DNA of 64,000 bases from Alloascoidea hylecoeti (lineage: Eukaryota), in NCBI GenBank assembly GCA_001600815.1, contig BCKZ01000021.1, forward strand, positions 186,001 to 250,000, in the 5' to 3' direction. Each line of letters starts with the position of its first letter. Position 1 is the stretch's first letter. This document shows, one piece after another, positions 58,801 through 64,000 of the stretch. Both the position numbers and the translations under genes were made by a program. The notes beneath the pieces are model-generated. The model was given only the letters and a program-made list of their open reading frames with translations. It was not told the DNA's origin and searched no databases.

Positions 58801-60758
58801 TATTTATAGACGTATTCTATTTTACTTAGACCCCTTGCAATACAATAGTTTTAGATCTGCAAATTGTAATTCAATCTCATAACCGAGCCAACCCCCCTCC
58901 ATAATCCCTACTGAAAAGGTGAAAAATGACGTTAAGTAGTCATTTAATTTGACTTCTTCGAGGCCCTTTTTGTATTACAAGTTTGAGGCATGTAAATTAC
59001 TGTTTCTATAGGGGCCACCTTTCCAAAATTAAAACGTTCTTTGTAATCCTTGTATGATTGTGATTTTTATTCATAAAATTATGTGTAGAACATATTTGAA
59101 TGCTAACGAAGACAAAAGGACACGAAACCAGAGAAACGTTAGATTAGGACCGTTGCCTAGATGAGATATAATGTTACAATTTATGGCTAGAAGCCTAGTA
59201 GAAGGTGCTGGCTCATGACAGATACACTTAAGCTGGCAACCAATTGCAAGCAATAAGAAATCTGCCCATCAACTCAATGAATCATTGATATGCATAAATG
59301 CATATAACAGAGCCGAACTAAAACAAGTTTAAAATATAAATTTATACCATAAATTTGAAAATTCAAATCATTTTATATCTCGTTTAATAATCAAACATTG
59401 TATACGTACCACGAATTCGAATTCCGAGGTTAATTGATAACGTAGTCTATAGATATAAATAGTATTAGATACCAAAACAAAATAGAAGTAACGTTCCCTT
59501 TTAAATATATAAAGTAAAGTAAAAACATCATGATCAACCAGATAGAGGAATCTATCGATATACCTGTTCAACTCAATTTAAAATCCTTACTTGAAACCAA
59601 ATCATTGCAATCGTAAATGTAATTATTGAAACTGTAATTGTTGTTAACTTTGTAGAAAAAACATAATTATATATGAATAAGTTTAAATGAGTGTTTAATT
59701 GTTTATCCCAATTCAATTGAAATCAATTTAAAAAACTAAACTAAAAGAGTATTTTGATCATATCATAAGTTATAGTCAAGTAATGATATCAGTCAATATA
59801 AATACTTAAAATCTCATTTTAATAAATAAGTAAGTGATAGAAAATTCAAATTTGTAACGAGTGTTAATAAAAAGCAAAACAAAAATAAACAAAAAGAAAT
59901 AGAAAATTAATAAAAATAGTTTAAAACAATATATAATATGTAACATTTTCATCAAATATAAAAAATACCCCAGCCTAGTCTTATTTTTCACCTCTTTGCA
60001 TTTACCATAATTGTATTCCAAAAGAAAAAAGTAAATTCTAAAAATCTTTCCTTTATTTTACTTTATTTTGTTTTATCTTTATCCTTAATTTTTTTTTTTT
60101 TTTTTTATAATAATACCTATTTTGTTGTTATTCTGTCCATCAAAATTATCACTTATACCACGAATAAAATAAAAAAAAGAAAAAATATCAAACAACACAT
60201 AGTTAATATTTTTTTAATCAAACCCAAAAACAATGTCTTAATCAAAGAAGTTTCCTTTTCCTTGTATGATCTTTCATATAGGAAATATCGTAAAACCATA
60301 CAGCAAAGAAATTGAAGAGACATCAAATGGTACCATAATTAAAAATCATAATATTAAAATATTGTTTTTTTTTTTTTTTTCCCTTTTCCTTTTGTGTTTT
60401 TGTAATTGTAATAAAAAGTTTCTAAATTTAGAAAAGAAAAAAGAAAAAAAAGAAAAAAGTAAACAGTATATTTCATAAAATAAATCACAACAACAAAATA
60501 TTTATTTATATTTTTTATAATATTTTTGGGGTTCATAACAATAATATCATGTAATGTAAATTCAAATTCAATTCCAAGAAAAGAAGAATCGAAAAGAAAA
60601 GAAAAAAATAGAAAAATTCAAAGAAAAAATTCAAAAAGAAATTCAAAAAAAATAATAATAATAATCATCAATAATAAACATTCATTCATTCAATCATAGC
60701 TTTAAAAAAAATAATTAAGCCTTTTAGTTTAAGTTTTAGTTTTAGTTTAAGTTTAGGT

Positions 60759-62558
60759 TTAACTTAATATTGTCTTTTTTTTAGAAAATAAACCCATAAT
60801 TGATTGAAAAGCACTTGATGGTGGTTGTTGTTGTAAACCTCTAGGTATTGGTTCAGGTTTTGTTATAGTTAAACCTTGATTGGCAAGTTTTATAGAACCT
60901 TCAGAGAAACCAATATTTGTACCAGTACCATATAAAGTTGTATTATCACTACCACTATTACTTCTATAACGTTGACTTTCTTTTTGTTGTTGTTGTTGTT
61001 GATGATGTTGTTGTAATTGTTGTTGATAAGATTCAATTGGAATTTTATGTTGATAATTTGAATATAAATATTCAGATTCGTTTGGAATTAAATATTGATT
61101 TCCATTTGAATCTAATTGAAATTGATCATTATTTAAATCCATATCTTGATCTTGATCATATTGTATATCTTCATCATTTTCTTCTAAAATTTCATCTTCA
61201 GTTAAAAATTTAGAAATACTATCACCAATTTTAACAATTTTTTTTTTAAATTCAATTGAACCATCAAATCTTTCAAAAGTATCTAAACCAATTGAAACAT
61301 CAACAGGACTTAAATTTTCATCAACATTTAAAGATAATGGCATAAAACAATTACCAATTTTTGAAGGAACACTCCAAATTTTTCCTAAAATTATTTCACC
61401 ACCAATTTCTTTAACTTTTGTATCAATTAAATTATTAATATTACATTTTGTTGCACATTCAGGAGATATAGAAGTTAATAAATTTGAAGTATTTACAACG
61501 GCTTTAACTTTAACACCATTTATTTCAATAGCAATATATAAAGCAACGATTTTTTTTGGCATATTTTCCAAAGAAGTATTTAAGTTTTCAGCAATTATAT
61601 CTTGTTTTATAAATTCTAAAATTTTATTTTGATTTGATTGATTATAAGGATTATTATTTAATCTTAAAATTTCTTTTTGAATTTGCTGTTTTTGTTTTCT
61701 TCTTTTTTTATCATTTTCAATCATTGCAGATCTAAATAATAAAGGGTCGTTTATGATTGTTTTTAGAAAAGGATAAGCACCAAATAATTGTTCGGATAAA
61801 GTTGGATCTAATTTTGTTTGAAGTCTAAATCTTTCAATTTCTCCTTCTAATTGGTTTTCGGGTGTTGTTGACATTTGCAGTTGGTTCTGGCTTTGAATTT
61901 GCATCTGTTTTTGTGATTGATATTGCTTCTCTTTTTCCTTTTGTTTTTCTTTCTCTTTCTGTAGAAATCTTTGAACGGTTTCCTGATCGACGTAGTCAAA
62001 TCTTTTCTGGGAGCTGAAATTAGAGTTTGTCATTTTGGATAGGGTATCTAGGGATTTTGGAGATAAGGAGTTCTTGGGCAAAGAGCCTCTGGGGGGAGCA
62101 CCTCTGGGGGCGGTCTTTTTGGGCTGGGGCGGCGGGAAATACCCCGAGGCACGTGCGGACTCCTTGCTCAGCCGGATGGCCTCCTGCAAATCCTTATCGA
62201 ACTGGGCGGCCGGATCTTCTTGCGGCGGAGTAGGGGGGACTTGGGATCGGCGGCGGGACCGTGTTCGGGAGCGCCGTGGGTTGGCCCGCGAGGACGCGCG
62301 GGGGGTGGCGACGGCCGCCGGCCCCTCCGCGGGGGAGACGGGCTTCCTTTCGACTTGTATGATATCGTCGTCGTGCAGATCCCAGGACCTCAGCTTGATG
62401 CGGTCGCCCGCCATGGCCTCGTTTTCGAACAGCAGCAGCATTTTGTCTGGGGGCACGCCCGTCTCGGAGTGGGCGAAGGCCTTGAGGTCGGCCAGGGACA
62501 TGTAGCCGGACACCTCGATGGGGATGATGTCATCGCCGTGGAACAAAGTGAGTCTCAT
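60759..62558 (-). CDS. Ddi1 paralog with a degenerate protease site (UBL, UIM-like helix, helical domain, pseudo-RVP; no UBA)
   Basis: Collinear with DDI1 at MRLTL...LADLKAF...ETG, EIERFRLQ, IIAENL, LYIAIEING and SPECA.KC. It has VNTSN in place of VDSGA. Confidence 0.85.
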   Translation of the reverse strand: MRLTLFHGDDIIPIEVSGYMSLADLKAFAHSETGVPPDKMLLLFENEAMAGDRIKLRSWDLHDDDIIQVERKPVSPAEGPAAVATPRASSRANPRRSRTRSRRRSQVPPTPPQEDPAAQFDKDLQEAIRLSKESARASGYFPPPQPKKTAPRGAPPRGSLPKNSLSPKSLDTLSKMTNSNFSSQKRFDYVDQETVQRFLQKEKEKQKEKEKQYQSQKQMQIQSQNQLQMSTTPENQLEGEIERFRLQTKLDPTLSEQLFGAYPFLKTIINDPLLFRSAMIENDKKRRKQKQQIQKEILRLNNNPYNQSNQNKILEFIKQDIIAENLNTSLENMPKKIVALYIAIEINGVKVKAVVNTSNLLTSISPECATKCNINNLIDTKVKEIGGEIILGKIWSVPSKIGNCFMPLSLNVDENLSPVDVSIGLDTFERFDGSIEFKKKIVKIGDSISKFLTEDEILEENDEDIQYDQDQDMDLNNDQFQLDSNGNQYLIPNESEYLYSNYQHKIPIESYQQQLQQHHQQQQQQKESQRYRSNSGSDNTTLYGTGTNIGFSEGSIKLANQGLTITKPEPIPRGLQQQPPSSAFQSIMGLFSKKKTILS

Positions 62559-62679
62559 ATTTAACAGCGAGCAAAAGTGAGGTTGGAGGTGGAGTTAGTG
62601 CCTGCTTATATACTCTACACCCGCACACCCACACACCCCTACTTAAACCCTGCCGGCACGATCGCAGCTCCCACCAGCA

Positions 62680-63360
62680 ATGCTCGAGTCCCTCTCCCTC
62701 GCCGTGTCGGCCTCGCTGCCCCACGTCTTCGTCCGCCCCCTCGGACCACGCGACCTGCCGCAGTGCGTGGCCCTGGAACAGCTGGCCTTCCCCCCCAACG
62801 AGCGGGCCACAGAGCAGAAGATCGCGTACAGGCTGCGTGTGTGTCCAGAACTAACGGCCGGCATCTTCCTACGAACTTTCTCCTTCGCCTCCAACGAATC
62901 CTCCTCCTCGCAACTGGAGGACTCGGAATTCTCCTCGCAAATCGACGAGGATAAATTCGGTCCTTCCAAGGTCATAACCGACGAAAAACTGATTGCCCAT
63001 ATCCACGCAACGAAAATAAAGTCTCAAACTGTAACTGCTGAAACTATGGATATACCAGTTCTGGATTCTTGGGGTCGTAAAGTATCCTCTTCAAACATCG
63101 GCCATTCAGAAGATGGTATAAATGTTGCTCTACATTCTTTAGCTGTTCATCCGGATTATAGAAATCAATCTTTAGGTTCCTTACTATTAACTGATTATAT
63201 CCAAAGATTATCCAATTTAAAAGTAGCTGCGAAAATCGTTATTATTGCTCATGAAGAATTGGTATCTTATTATACAAGATTAGGCTTTGTGGACTACGGT
63301 CTTAGTGAATGTAACTGGGGTGGTGTTAAATGGCATGATTTGGCTATCTCTCTAACTTAA
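62680..63360 (+). CDS. PAA1: Polyamine N-acetyltransferase (GNAT)
   Basis: Motifs LEQLAFPPNERA...YRLRVCPEL..G.F.R, HSLAVHPDYRNQSLG and IAHEELVSYYTRLGF. Confidence 0.85.
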   Translation: MLESLSLAVSASLPHVFVRPLGPRDLPQCVALEQLAFPPNERATEQKIAYRLRVCPELTAGIFLRTFSFASNESSSSQLEDSEFSSQIDEDKFGPSKVITDEKLIAHIHATKIKSQTVTAETMDIPVLDSWGRKVSSSNIGHSEDGINVALHSLAVHPDYRNQSLGSLLLTDYIQRLSNLKVAAKIVIIAHEELVSYYTRLGFVDYGLSECNWGGVKWHDLAISLT

Positions 63361-63499
63361 CTTGATCTTTTACTTACATGTATATTAATTATGATACAAT
63401 TGAATTTTAATATAATCGACATGTGTACTTGTACATATGCATGTAAATAATTATTAAATTAATTTTATACAATTAATCACAATGACATTCAAGAATTTA

Positions 63500-64000
63500 T
63501 TATACATTTTCTTTGTTATCTTCTTCTTTATCTTCTTCTTCAGATGATTCTTTATCAATCATTGGCTTTTTTTTAGATGGTGTTAAATATTCCCAGATTT
63601 TCTTTGAAGTTCCCCAAAATCCTCCTTGATATTTACCACCTGAATTCTCAACTTCATTATCATCATCTCTTGATTTTGAAGTTGAACTTCTTGTTGATTT
63701 TGATTTTGATTTTGATTTTGGTGTACTTGCTATATCTTGATCAATATCAAGTTCATATTGTATATTCCCATTATAATTTGGTGTTCTTCTATTTTTATTT
63801 TTATTTTTATTTTTATTTTTATTTTTATTTTTATTTGCTGATTGGTATTGTATGGGATATTTAAATTTAAAATTAAATTCACCGTTATCATTATCAATAT
63901 CATTATCATTATCATTATCAATATCATTATTAATATCATTGTCATTAGCATCACTATTTTTTGTTTTTGTTTTTGTTCTTTTTATTGAAATGTTAACATT
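63500..64000 (-). CDS. 3' end of a low-complexity protein that continues beyond the window
   Basis: An open minus-strand frame of 167 codons runs from 64000 to the TAA at 63500-63502. It contains (ND)n, (NK)n and (KS)n tracts and ends GGFWGTSKKIWEYLTPSKKKPMIDKESSEEEDKEEDNKENV*. Confidence 0.7.
   Translation of the reverse strand, partial: NVNISIKRTKTKTKNSDANDNDINNDIDNDNDNDIDNDNGEFNFKFKYPIQYQSANKNKNKNKNKNKNKNRRTPNYNGNIQYELDIDQDIASTPKSKSKSKSTRSSTSKSRDDDNEVENSGGKYQGGFWGTSKKIWEYLTPSKKKPMIDKESSEEEDKEEDNKENV

Noticed and set aside
62027..62975. Overlapping ORFs in the second GC island
   Set aside because: This is the same GC artefact. The real genes are the Ddi1 paralog (-) and PAA1 (+).
1..64000. 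CRISPR arrays, rRNA genes or prokaryotic operons
   Set aside because: The DNA is eukaryotic and intron-containing. No repeat-spacer array or rRNA-like sequence was seen.

Overview
AT-rich fungal nuclear DNA, most consistent with an intron-rich budding yeast (Saccharomycotina). Introns are about 55-85 nt with GTATGW/GTAAT donors, CTAAY/TTAAC branch points and YAG acceptors, and CTG is read as Leu at conserved positions. Recognisable genes are two inverted AIM6-like PLC-fold paralogs, CIA2, a RhoGAP, NAF1, MSH1 (1 intron), an OPT transporter, RRG1 (1 intron), COX15, LSM2 (4 introns, missed by the ORF track), DDI1, tRNA-Thr(AGT), GDI1, a DOA4-like deubiquitinase and PAA1. Intergenic DNA holds decayed Ty1/copia, hAT, Tc1-like, probable LINE and gypsy relics, a MITE-like element, and pseudogenes of a hexose transporter and an SPS2/ECM33 protein. 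Four observations stand out. (1) A second DDI1 paralog has its catalytic DSG changed to NTS, with a UIM gained and the UBA lost. (2) A six-exon, highly divergent eIF4E-like gene lacks the cap-binding and eIF4G-binding tryptophans. (3) A dispersed three-copy repeat encodes a decayed RanBP1/Yrb1-like Ran-binding domain. (4) Two sharp GC-rich islands are centred on short promoters. All family assignments come from motif recognition by eye; no database searches were run.
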